Shown in pieces: positions 8,735 to 17,913 of a stretch of DNA of 64,000 bases. A model generated the notes under the pieces. The model was not told the DNA's origin, searched no databases, and was given only the letters and a program-made list of their open reading frames with translations. Made by a program: the position numbers and the translations under genes. Each line of letters starts with the position of its first letter. The first letter of the stretch is position 1. The stretch is from an uncultured delta proteobacterium (GTDB lineage Bacteria; Desulfobacterota; Desulfobacteria; Desulfobacterales; Desulfosalsimonadaceae): contig CAWGYD010000005.1 in assembly GCA_963826785.1 (NCBI GenBank), positions 160,001-224,000 of the forward strand, in the 5' to 3' direction.

Positions 8735-11170
8735 TCATGATGGCGCTCCGGCCGGAAGGGTGAAGAAAAAGGTCGACCCGGATCCGGGCATGGACTCCAC
8801 CCAGATACGCCCGCCATGCATATCGACGATTTTTTTGCAGATGGCCAGGCCGATGCCGGTGCCGGGGTATTCTTCCCGGGAGTGCAGCCGCTGGAAGACC
8901 GCAAACAATTTGGAGAAATATTTGGGGTCGATGCCGATGCCGTTGTCCGAGATCGAAAAACGCCACATGTCATCCGTCCGCCGTGCTGAAACATGCACCC
9001 GGGGCGCGGCATCCGGCTTTTTGAATTTAAGGGCGTTTCCCAAAAGGTTCTGCAGCAGCTGGCTCATGCCCGTTTCATCTGCCAAAACCGTGGGAAGCGG
9101 GTCATGGGTGACAGTGGCGCGGGTCTCCCGGATCGATTCGGAGAGATTGGTCAAAGCCCGGTCGAGCACAAGTTCGGCATCAACGGGCCTGCGCTTGGCC
9201 TCGGTCCGGCCGGCCCGGGAAAAAGAGAGCAGGTCCCGGATCAGCTGCTGCATGCGCAGGGTGCTGTCGGTGATGTATTGCATGTAGGTCCGACCCCGTT
9301 CATCCAGCAGGTTTGAGTAGCGCCGCTCGATCAGTTCGGTAAAATTTTCGACAATCCTCAATGGCTCCTGCAGATCATGGGAGGCGATGTAGGCGAACTG
9401 TTCCAGTTCCTGGTTCGTTCGCTCCAGCCGGGCCTGATAATTTTTGATATCGGAGATGTCCCGGGTAATGGCGAGAATGGATTGAACCCGCCCCTGGTCA
9501 TCTTTTTCCGGTGCGAATATGGAAAAGAAATGCTGGCGGCCGAAATTGGGGCTGTTGAATTCAAATTCGAGGCTCTCCTGTTTCCCGGTGGCCCATACAT
9601 TTTCAAAGTGCGTTTTCCAGAAGGCCACTTTATCCGCGGGCATGCCCAGTTCTGCATTGGTTTTGCCGATGATCTCGCTCCGGGACAATCCGTAGACCTT
9701 TTCTCCGTAAGGATTGATATAGGTATGCCGCAGGTCCCGGTCGAACCGGGCGATGACGTCCGGGCTGTTTTCAGCCAGAATGCGGTATTCCCGTTCCCTC
9801 GTTTTCAGGGCGTCTTCCGCCCGGATCCGGTCGGTGATTTCCACCCCCACCACCCCCACCCCCCACCGGCCTCCCGGAAGGGTCACCGGAAAATGCGAAG
9901 ACAGCCAGTGCCGGATGTCCTCCGGGTGTGAAGGGCTGACGCCCCTGACATGAATATTGATGTCGGGCCGGCCGGTCCGGAGCACCTTTTCAAAACTCGG
10001 CCCCACCACCGGCATGATCTGCGGTTCGACCTCATCGAATCTTTTCCCCCGGTATTCCTCGAGCGTCATGCCCACGTCATCGTCTTCGGCCCGGCTGGCT
10101 TTGATAAATCGCAATTCATCATCCAGCATGAGCATGAGCACGGGTGATTCAACGAAGAACGCATTGAGCTGGGCTTCAGAGATCCGGAGCGCTTCTTCGA
10201 TTTTGACCTGTTCCGTGATGTCCTGGGTGGTGCCGAATCCGCTGACCAGATCCCCCCTGGTATCGAGCTCCAGTTCCGCTTTTTCCCGGACCCATTTGAT
10301 GCCGCTGGAAGTCACAATCCGATGCTCGATATCATAGGACTTTCCCGTTAGCGCCGCCGACCATTGCAGTTCGACCCGCTCCCGATCATCCGGGTGAACC
10401 GCCGATAAGAAGACCTCGTAGGTCATGGGAGTGCCGGGTGCGATTTCAAAAATCCGGTAGACTTCATCCGACCAGCGCAGGCGGTTATTCGAAATATCGA
10501 TCCGCCAGCTGCCCACATGCGCCACTGCCTGGGCCCGGTTTAAATCCTCCCGGCTTTCCAGCAGGGCCTTTTCCGCTTCTTTGCGCCCGGTCACATCCCG
10601 GAAAAAAATAGAAAGCCCTTCGGCAGACGGATAGGCCCGCACTTCAATCCAGATGGACAAAGGGGTATAGAATTGCTCAAAATCCACCGGGGCTCCCGTG
10701 GACATCGCATATGCATACTGGTCCAGAAACCGCCTGGCATAGGGGTTTGAAAAGATATCCCGGAAATTTCGGGTCAACAGTTCACCGCGTTTTTGACCCA
10801 GGATGAATTCCGCCATGGAATTGACATACGTCACCTTCCATTGCCGGTCGATGGCGATAAACGCATCGGTCATGCTTTCCAGTATCCCCGTGAGCCGTTC
10901 GTCTATCCGGCAGCCTGGGTTTTCTGCATTCCGGAAATCCCTGATCGGCTCTTGCCGGGGGGCTTTCCCGTTTTCCGCACCGTTTTCCGCCTCCGCTATG
11001 ATGTCTCCATTTTTCCCCTGCAGGCGCGATTCCGCAGCTTCGCGCATCCGTCGTTCGGATTCGAGGGCTGCCCGGGTCTCCTCCAGTTGACGGGTGCATT
11101 CCGACAGCCGCTTTTCAAGCGGGCCGGATTTTGGATTCCCATGTGGAAAATCGGTTTCGTTGTGGGTCAT
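8735..11170 (-). CDS. Multi-PAS sensor histidine kinase (phytochrome-like HisKA)
   Basis: Four PAS-like domains, FAYIASHDLQEPLR H-box, NLLGNALKF, DNGIG, GTGIGL. Confidence 0.92.
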   Translation of the reverse strand: MTHNETDFPHGNPKSGPLEKRLSECTRQLEETRAALESERRMREAAESRLQGKNGDIIAEAENGAENGKAPRQEPIRDFRNAENPGCRIDERLTGILESMTDAFIAIDRQWKVTYVNSMAEFILGQKRGELLTRNFRDIFSNPYARRFLDQYAYAMSTGAPVDFEQFYTPLSIWIEVRAYPSAEGLSIFFRDVTGRKEAEKALLESREDLNRAQAVAHVGSWRIDISNNRLRWSDEVYRIFEIAPGTPMTYEVFLSAVHPDDRERVELQWSAALTGKSYDIEHRIVTSSGIKWVREKAELELDTRGDLVSGFGTTQDITEQVKIEEALRISEAQLNAFFVESPVLMLMLDDELRFIKASRAEDDDVGMTLEEYRGKRFDEVEPQIMPVVGPSFEKVLRTGRPDINIHVRGVSPSHPEDIRHWLSSHFPVTLPGGRWGVGVVGVEITDRIRAEDALKTREREYRILAENSPDVIARFDRDLRHTYINPYGEKVYGLSRSEIIGKTNAELGMPADKVAFWKTHFENVWATGKQESLEFEFNSPNFGRQHFFSIFAPEKDDQGRVQSILAITRDISDIKNYQARLERTNQELEQFAYIASHDLQEPLRIVENFTELIERRYSNLLDERGRTYMQYITDSTLRMQQLIRDLLSFSRAGRTEAKRRPVDAELVLDRALTNLSESIRETRATVTHDPLPTVLADETGMSQLLQNLLGNALKFKKPDAAPRVHVSARRTDDMWRFSISDNGIGIDPKYFSKLFAVFQRLHSREEYPGTGIGLAICKKIVDMHGGRIWVESMPGSGSTFFFTLPAGAPS

Positions 11171-11401
11171 GCTCCGACTTTTTTCTGGATTTCAGGGTTG
11201 CAGAAAACAGCGCCTTCCGGGGGATGAAAAAAGACAAATGTTTCATAATAACCAGATGCGATGAATTTTAAATGGGGTTTTGAACCTATTTGGATGGGGG
11301 AAAAAGATGGTATACGAAGAGGCGGGAAGATTTAAAAGTTGAGCGGTTAAAATAGCTGCCGCCCGGGTCGTTCTTGTCCGGGGCGCAACCCATGGAAGTG
11401 G

Positions 11402-13240
11402 TCAGGAGACGCTGGCCGTGACTTCGGCGACTTCTACGGGGAGATGAATAATAAAGGTGGTTCCATGATTCAACTGGCTGTCCGCCTGGATGGTGCCGTT
11501 GTGGCTCCGGATGATGCCGTAGGCGGATGCCAGCCCGAGGCCGGTCCCCTTGTGCCGCTCCTTGGTGGAGAAAAACGGTTCGAAGATCCGGCTTCGGGTT
11601 TCTTCATCCATTCCGGTGCCGGTGTCGGTCACGGTGATGCGGATGTATCGGCCGGGGATGGCCTCATAGGGCGCTGCTGCGATAACGTTTAAGCGCGTGT
11701 TTGAGGTGGACAGATACAGATCCCCGGACCCTGACATGGCATCGGATGCGTTTATAAACAGGTTGAGCAGCACCTGTTCGATCTGTGCGCGATTGACATC
11801 CACGATGCGGATATCCGGCGAAAGGGATAAATGGATGCGGATTCCGGGCCGGGTGTGGCTGAACAGGTCGGCACTTTTTTCGATCAGTTCGTTTACATTG
11901 GTGGGACAAAGTTCGTATTTTTCCTCCCGGGCGAATCCCAGAAGCTGCCGGGTGATGTTTGCGCCGCTTTCCACGTAGGTTTCGATGGCCTTGACGTGAT
12001 CGATGACCTGTTGCGGGTTGTCGGTGGTTCTTCGGATCAGACCGGTGCGGCCCATGATGCCCATCAATAAGTTGTTGAAATCGTGGGCCAGGCCGCCGGC
12101 CAGCGTTCCCACGGCCTTCATTTTCTGGGCCTGAAACAGCTGATGCTGCAGCATCTTTTTTTCCGTCACATCCCGGGCGATCCCCCGGAATCCGGCCGGC
12201 CGGCCGTTTTGCTCCTTGACCAGGGAAACCGATGTTTCCAGGAAGCGCTCGGTGCGGTCCTTGCGGATGACCCGCCAGTCGAATGCTTTTGCGGGCATGC
12301 GGGTTCGAAACACATAATTGAACGTTCGATAAACGGTTTCGGCGGTTTTGGGGTTCATGAGGACCTTGAAATTTTTTCCGATCAATTCGGCCTTTTCGTA
12401 TCCCAGGATCTGGTGCATGGCCTCATTGAAGAACAGGAGGTTTCCCTTGAGGTCCACCTCGAAATAGCCGTCCTCGATGCTTGACAGGATGTCCTGGTGT
12501 TTCTCCTCGCTCCGGATCAGTTCCTGCCGGACAAATGTTGCATCCACCAGCTGCCGGGACAGGGAAAGGGCCATCAGGATCACCATCGCCAGAAAAGCAT
12601 ATTCGCTGATATAAATAAATTCGAAGACCCCGATCACCATGAGGGCATCACTTAAAAACCCAAGGAAAAAAATGGCCACGCTGATCAGCAGGGGCAGCGC
12701 CCGCCGGGCATCCTTCCGGCGGTAATAATCGATGCTGATCCATAACACGTAAACAAATCCCGCAATGCCGGCTATGGTCTGGAAAATACTGAACGGCCCG
12801 GGCATGGGCTCGAAATAGATGACCTGGAAATCAAAAGGAAGATGGATCAGCTTGACATCGGGAATATCCTCCCGCCAGATGAGACTGTTGTGCACCAGGA
12901 GCTGAACGGCGGCAACAGCGGTATAGATGCCGTAAAAGAGATAGTTTAGTTTCCGGCCGGAATAGGCGGTGTAGTCACAGACAAACTGAATGAAGGCAAT
13001 CGCGAAAAAAGATAAAAACAGGTATTGAAGCCGGATCCAGAAGGCGCCCTCCGTTATGGAGGTGGCGGAATACAGACCTGCGCTGGAGACATCGTAAGCG
13101 GCGATAAACAGGCAGGTCACGGCAAAAGAGAGAAATTCGCGGTTTTCTTTGATGCGCCGGAAGGTGTACAGGTAGTATATGCCTAAGTATCCAACGATAC
13201 TGGCCAGAACGATCGGCGGTATGGAAGCGGTTTTGATCAA
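11402..13240 (-). CDS. Membrane-anchored (7TM-like) PAS histidine kinase
   Basis: Hydrophobic N-terminal half, [37 protein letters not shown]. Confidence 0.9.
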   Translation of the reverse strand: MIKTASIPPIVLASIVGYLGIYYLYTFRRIKENREFLSFAVTCLFIAAYDVSSAGLYSATSITEGAFWIRLQYLFLSFFAIAFIQFVCDYTAYSGRKLNYLFYGIYTAVAAVQLLVHNSLIWREDIPDVKLIHLPFDFQVIYFEPMPGPFSIFQTIAGIAGFVYVLWISIDYYRRKDARRALPLLISVAIFFLGFLSDALMVIGVFEFIYISEYAFLAMVILMALSLSRQLVDATFVRQELIRSEEKHQDILSSIEDGYFEVDLKGNLLFFNEAMHQILGYEKAELIGKNFKVLMNPKTAETVYRTFNYVFRTRMPAKAFDWRVIRKDRTERFLETSVSLVKEQNGRPAGFRGIARDVTEKKMLQHQLFQAQKMKAVGTLAGGLAHDFNNLLMGIMGRTGLIRRTTDNPQQVIDHVKAIETYVESGANITRQLLGFAREEKYELCPTNVNELIEKSADLFSHTRPGIRIHLSLSPDIRIVDVNRAQIEQVLLNLFINASDAMSGSGDLYLSTSNTRLNVIAAAPYEAIPGRYIRITVTDTGTGMDEETRSRIFEPFFSTKERHKGTGLGLASAYGIIRSHNGTIQADSQLNHGTTFIIHLPVEVAEVTASVS

Positions 13241-13389
13241 TGGATGTCCTCGTCGGCAATGATGCGATCGGTAAATTAAAAGACTTGCCAGAGAACGGAT
13301 CCGCCCTGGAAGGAGGGGTTTCAGCCTGTAAATAAACTGAGTAGATGTATATTTCGTCTATACCAGAAAAAATTGTTTTCTGTCCATGA

Positions 13390-14055
13390 TTAATTGACGA
13401 ATTTTCCATCAATGCAGGATCTGCGGACGTGAGGCTGGAGGTGTGAAAACGCGTAATGGATGTAATAGGAAAACCATAAAACCATACCGATCATTTGAAG
13501 CGCATCTTCTATCAATTCGGATACGTTCCCGCGGTGCCATGACAAATCGCAGACAACGGATGCGGCAAAAAAGAACAGGGCAGACACAAAAAGGAAAAAT
13601 TGGTGCCGCATCAAGAATGATCTGAAAAAAACAAGGTAGGAAGCGATCAGTATCAGATATCCCAACATCACGCCGGCTTTCGGTATGTGGAGGTATGTGG
13701 GGATGATATTCTGGTGCAGCATGAACTGTTCATCCAGGACCAGGATGGCGGTCAGGAGGCCGGAAAAGAGAAAGAAGATCGAAATTTTCGCTTCGGCTTT
13801 CAGCAGGGCGGCGGTAAACAGGCAGACCGCGGCCGTTGAACACCAGATCAGGATGCAGATATTGGGTATCAACCCGACCAGGGGATATGCATAGAATAGG
13901 GCGGCAGGGGGCTTGATCAGATATTCGACGGGAACATTGAAGTGCAGCCGAAGAATGACCGGCAGCAAAAATAAAAAAAAGATGGCTGCGCAGGAGGCTG
14001 CCAGGATCCGGATGGCAAAGCCCGATGGGATGAGGGGCCGGTAATCAAAAGTCAT
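13390..14055 (-). CDS. Integral membrane protein of unknown function
   Basis: About 6 hydrophobic segments, LDEQFMLH and IED motifs; start chosen at ATG 14055. Confidence 0.7.
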   Translation of the reverse strand: MTFDYRPLIPSGFAIRILAASCAAIFFLFLLPVILRLHFNVPVEYLIKPPAALFYAYPLVGLIPNICILIWCSTAAVCLFTAALLKAEAKISIFFLFSGLLTAILVLDEQFMLHQNIIPTYLHIPKAGVMLGYLILIASYLVFFRSFLMRHQFFLFVSALFFFAASVVCDLSWHRGNVSELIEDALQMIGMVLWFSYYIHYAFSHLQPHVRRSCIDGKFVN

Positions 14056-14186
14056 GGTCAATCCGCTATGTAAAAGTCCATCATAATAAAGTCCTGTTTC
14101 AGCACAATAGGCATTGGACCCCGGACTGGCAAACTGCACGGTGATTTGCAGCAGGAAACTTTTGGATCGTAACGGCCGCAGTCGGC

Positions 14187-14460
14187 ACACCCCCCTTTAA
14201 TTCCCCCCTCAAGGGGGGATTAGGCCTTGGAATTACGATCAAATGTCCTCTCGATGGGGGATTAGACCTTAAAATCAGGTTTAAATTCCCGAGAGGGGAT
14301 TAGGCTTTGAAATTACGTTTAAATTCCCGAGGGGGGCGGTCTTGAAATCTCGTTTAAATCCTCGAGGTTGGGGATTAGTCCTTGAAATCTCATTCAAATT
14401 CCCCCCTTGAGGGGGAATTTCTCTTTTTATTCCCCCCTTGAGGGGGGGCAGGGGGGGTGT
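14187..14460. repeat. REP/BIME-like element with terminal inverted repeats and 5-6 internal degenerate tandem units
   Basis: Ends ACACCCCCCT..CCCCCCTCAAGGGGGGA and TCCCCCCTTGAGGGGGGGCAGGGGGGGTGT; units of ~36-43 bp resemble GGGGATTAGGCCTTGAAATYWCGTTTAAATTCCC. Confidence 0.8.
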
Positions 14461-14577
14461 CCGGCCGGTGAGAAATCAATAGATAAACAGTTGAAAATCG
14501 CTTTATCGAGTTTAAGTCCCCTGGAAACATCGTATCCTGCTAAGCGGTATTCTTGCAGTAAGAAACCTGCGGCCCCC

Positions 14578-14607
14578 CGTGCACGTGCACGTTCACGTTC
14601 ACGTTCG
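14578..14607. repeat. Hexamer tandem repeat (CGTKCA)x5
   Basis: CGTGCA CGTGCA CGTTCA CGTTCA CGTTCG. Confidence 0.85.
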
Positions 14608-14735
14608 CGAAAAAAAACTTCAAGTTTTCCTAAAAACAGATATGAATGGATGAAGAGGCAAACAGGTGTTATCTTTATTGGCCAAAGAATTTGAATGCTG
14701 CAACGCCAGTGCCGAAATCCTGAAAGGAACCCATC

Positions 14736-16275
14736 ATGAACGGAGCTGATCTGATCATTAAAACCGCGGCGGATGCCGGGGTGACGGTCTGTTTTACCAA
14801 TCCGGGGACCACCGAAATGCCGCTGGTCAATGCCCTGGACCACGAAGACCGCATTCATGCGGTACTTGGCCTGTTTGAGGGCGTCTGCACCGGAGCCGCT
14901 GACGGGTATGGCCGAATGGCGGAAAAACCGGCCATGACCCTGCTGCACCTGGGGCCCGGACTGGGAAACGGCCTGGCAAATCTCCACAATGCACGGCGGG
15001 CGAAATACGCCATTGGTCAACCTGGTGGGGGAGCATGCCACCTGGCACCGGCCCTATGATCCGCTGCTGGCCATGGACATCGAGTCATTGGCGGCCACCG
15101 TGTCCGGATGGCAGCGCACCCCGCGCAGGGCGGAGGATCTGTCCCGGTACACGGCCGCGGCCATCGAAGCGGCCCGGGAGGGGCAGATCGCCACCCTGAT
15201 CGTTCCCCAGGATTTCCAGTGGACCCAGGTGGGCGAGCCGACACGGGCTGAGTCCGAGCAGCCCCGGAAAAAAATTGATCCGGAAAAGGTGGAGGCCGCT
15301 GCAAAACTGCTTCGGTCCGGCGGCAGATGCGCACTGATACTGGGCGGGCATGGCCTGCGGGAAAAAGGGATGATGATCGCATCCCGGATTAAAACAGCTG
15401 CCGGCTGCGACCTGCTCTGCGAGACTTTCCCGGCGCGGATGGAGCGCGGGGCCGGGCTGCCGGCCGTGTCCAAAATCCCCTATCTTCCGGAGATGGCCAA
15501 AGACGTGCTGGCCGTGTACGACCGGGTCGTCCTTGCCGGGGCGAAGAAGCCCATTTCCTTTTTCGGGTATGAAAATTCAGAAAGCCTGCTGCTGGAGCAG
15601 CGGCAGGAAACGGCCGATATCGCCGCGCCGGACGAAGATGTCGAGGCGGCGATGGAGGCCCTGGCCCAGTACCTGCAGGCGCCCCTTGATCCCCGGCCGG
15701 AGATGCAGGTCAGCGAAAATCGGCCCGGGATTGCGACCGGCAAGCTCGACGGGGACAAGATCGGGCGGGTGCTTTCCGCGTTGCAGCCCAAAAACGCCAT
15801 CATCGTGGAAGAAGCCGTCACGAACAGTCTGCCCTGGTTCCTGCACAGCGCCGCCTGCCCGCGCCATACCCTTTTATCTTTGACCGGCGGGGCGATCGGG
15901 CAGGGGATCCCGTGCGCCACCGGGGCCGCCATTGCCTGTCCGGACCGGCCGGTGATCAATTTCCAGGCGGACGGCAGCGCCATGTACACCATACAGGCAT
16001 TGTGGACCCAGGCCCGGGAGCATCTGAATGTCACCACCCTGATCTGCAATAACCGCAGCTATGACATATTGAAGCTGGAACTGGCCCGGGCAGGGGTGGC
16101 GAACCCCGGAAAAACCGCCCAGAAAGTGACCGACCTGACCGGCATCAACTGGGTGAAGCTCGGCCAGGCCCAGGGCGTGGCCTCGGTATCGGTCGAAACC
16201 GCCGAAGATCTGGCCAAACAGCTTCAAAAGGCCCTGGATGAATCCGGCCCGCATCTGATCGAGATGATCCTGTAG
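14736..16275 (+). CDS. ThDP-dependent acetolactate synthase large subunit-like enzyme, one frameshift near 15003
   Basis: [25 protein letters not shown], continued in another frame as [11 protein letters not shown]; ThDP motif ADGSAMY..CNN. Confidence 0.85.
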
Positions 16276-16290
16276 CCTTGTGTGCCGAGT

Positions 16291-17265
16291 CTATGCTGCT
16301 GACGAGATCCGCAGCCGGTCCAGCGATTCTTCGGCCTGTGCCATGATCCGGTCGAAAAGTTCTTTCATGGGGGGGATGTCGTCGGCCAGGCCGATTCCCT
16401 GGCCGCAGGCCAGTATCCCCATGGTCAGGTCGCCTTCGTCGAACATCTTCTTTGCGTTTTCCCCCTTGATCACCTCGTAGAGCTGCGCAAAATCGGCCAT
16501 TTTTTCTTCCAGTGCCGCGCATTTCCGGGCGGCCTCATTGGCCCATACCCGGTGGGTGGCGTTTAAAGAGCGCATGACCAGCATGGTGTCGAGTTCGCAG
16601 GCGCCGACCAGGGCATTTTTGACGTTGTCATGGATGGGGGCTTCCCGGGTGGCCAGCAGGCGGGTGCCCATGATCACCGCTTCGGCACCCAGCGCCAGGA
16701 CCGCCGCGACCCCGCGGCCATCGCCGATGCCGCCCCCGCCGATCACCGGCACGTTGACCGCATTGACCACCGCCGGCACCAGCGCCAGTGTGCCGATGTC
16801 CAGCCGGCCCGTGGCGCCGCCGTTTTCATATCCCACCACGGTGATGATATCCGCGCCCATGGCTTCGACCTTTTTGGCATACCGGACGCCCACGCATTTG
16901 TGAATCCAGGTCATCTCCAGGTCCTTGAACCGGCTGACCAGTTCTTCGGGGGCGTGGTGGCCGGAGGTTTCCACGATTTTAACGCCATGGTCGGCCATGA
17001 CATCGACATAGTCATTGTTGTCGATCTGGGTCATGGCGGGAAACAGGTTGATGTTGACCCCGTAGGGTTTGTCGGTCAGCGTCTTCATCTTTGTGATGGC
17101 CTGGTCAAAGGCCTCCTTGGACTTGTAATTGGCCGACGCCATGACGCCCATACCGCCGGCGTTGGACATGGCCGCCACGAACTCGGCGGTGGAGATCCAC
17201 ATCATGGCGCCGCCGATGATGGGATAATCGATGTTGAGCATCCGGGTGATCTGGGTCTGAATCAT
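16291..17265 (-). CDS. Nitronate monooxygenase / FabK-like flavoenzyme
   Basis: PIIGGAM, SNAGGMG, GYENGG, VIGGGGIGDGRG, MGTRL, GQGIGL; GGAGG RBS before ATG 17265. Confidence 0.88.
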   Translation of the reverse strand: MIQTQITRMLNIDYPIIGGAMMWISTAEFVAAMSNAGGMGVMASANYKSKEAFDQAITKMKTLTDKPYGVNINLFPAMTQIDNNDYVDVMADHGVKIVETSGHHAPEELVSRFKDLEMTWIHKCVGVRYAKKVEAMGADIITVVGYENGGATGRLDIGTLALVPAVVNAVNVPVIGGGGIGDGRGVAAVLALGAEAVIMGTRLLATREAPIHDNVKNALVGACELDTMLVMRSLNATHRVWANEAARKCAALEEKMADFAQLYEVIKGENAKKMFDEGDLTMGILACGQGIGLADDIPPMKELFDRIMAQAEESLDRLRISSAA

Positions 17266-17542
17266 GGTACCTCCCTGGGGTTGAAAGTATTTATCGGTAA
17301 AGATCCTGAAATTTATCATCAAGTGGGTAAAAAACGCATCATATTCATGTCAAATGCGGCGGTTTATGTCAAGATATCTGAAATATACGAAACCCGGGCC
17401 GTCCTGATTAAGAAAGGCAGCGGCGCGCAGAGCTCTGCGGTTTGACAACGAAGCGGATGAAACATAGTATTTTTGTCACGCCAAATGATTCATAATGCCT
17501 GATGCCGGCAATCCACGGCGTCAACATCGAAAGGAGAAACCG

Positions 17543-17752
17543 ATGGCAAAAGAGCTCTTTCCGCTTCCCTTTGAAATCTCAGACGACCACTACGGACACG
17601 AAGCCCACCTGTGCGTTGCCGGTGCGATCGGATTTGTGAAGAACAATCTGTCCAAGTACAAGGACTACGTCCGAAATCCGAAATTTGTCTGCAAAAACTG
17701 CGGGCGTGCCGCGGCCAATGCCGAGAATCTGTGCGAGCCCGATTCCCTGTAA
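17543..17752 (+). CDS. Small Cys/His-rich putative metal-binding protein (69 aa)
   Basis: AAGGAG RBS; HLC..CKNCGR..NLCEP. Confidence 0.75.
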   Translation: MAKELFPLPFEISDDHYGHEAHLCVAGAIGFVKNNLSKYKDYVRNPKFVCKNCGRAAANAENLCEPDSL

Positions 17753-17913
17753 TCTTCTTTTTCAATCAGGCCCTAAAAACCGCCAGCCGTGTTTTCAGAC
17801 AAGCGGTCGGCGCGATGCCTGCGCCCGGCAGGATTGACAACTTCGTTTTGCTCCTGTACGTTTAGCCAAAAATATTTGTTTTACTAAAGTACCGGGCTTG
17901 AACAGATGAGGAG

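Noticed and set aside
14187..14460. Possible CRISPR array
   Set aside because: Inter-palindrome segments resemble each other rather than being unique spacers; repeats are degenerate and no cas genes are present
14407..14694. ORFs with RARARSRSR or ERERER runs
   Set aside because: Products of the REP end and the hexamer repeat, not credible genes
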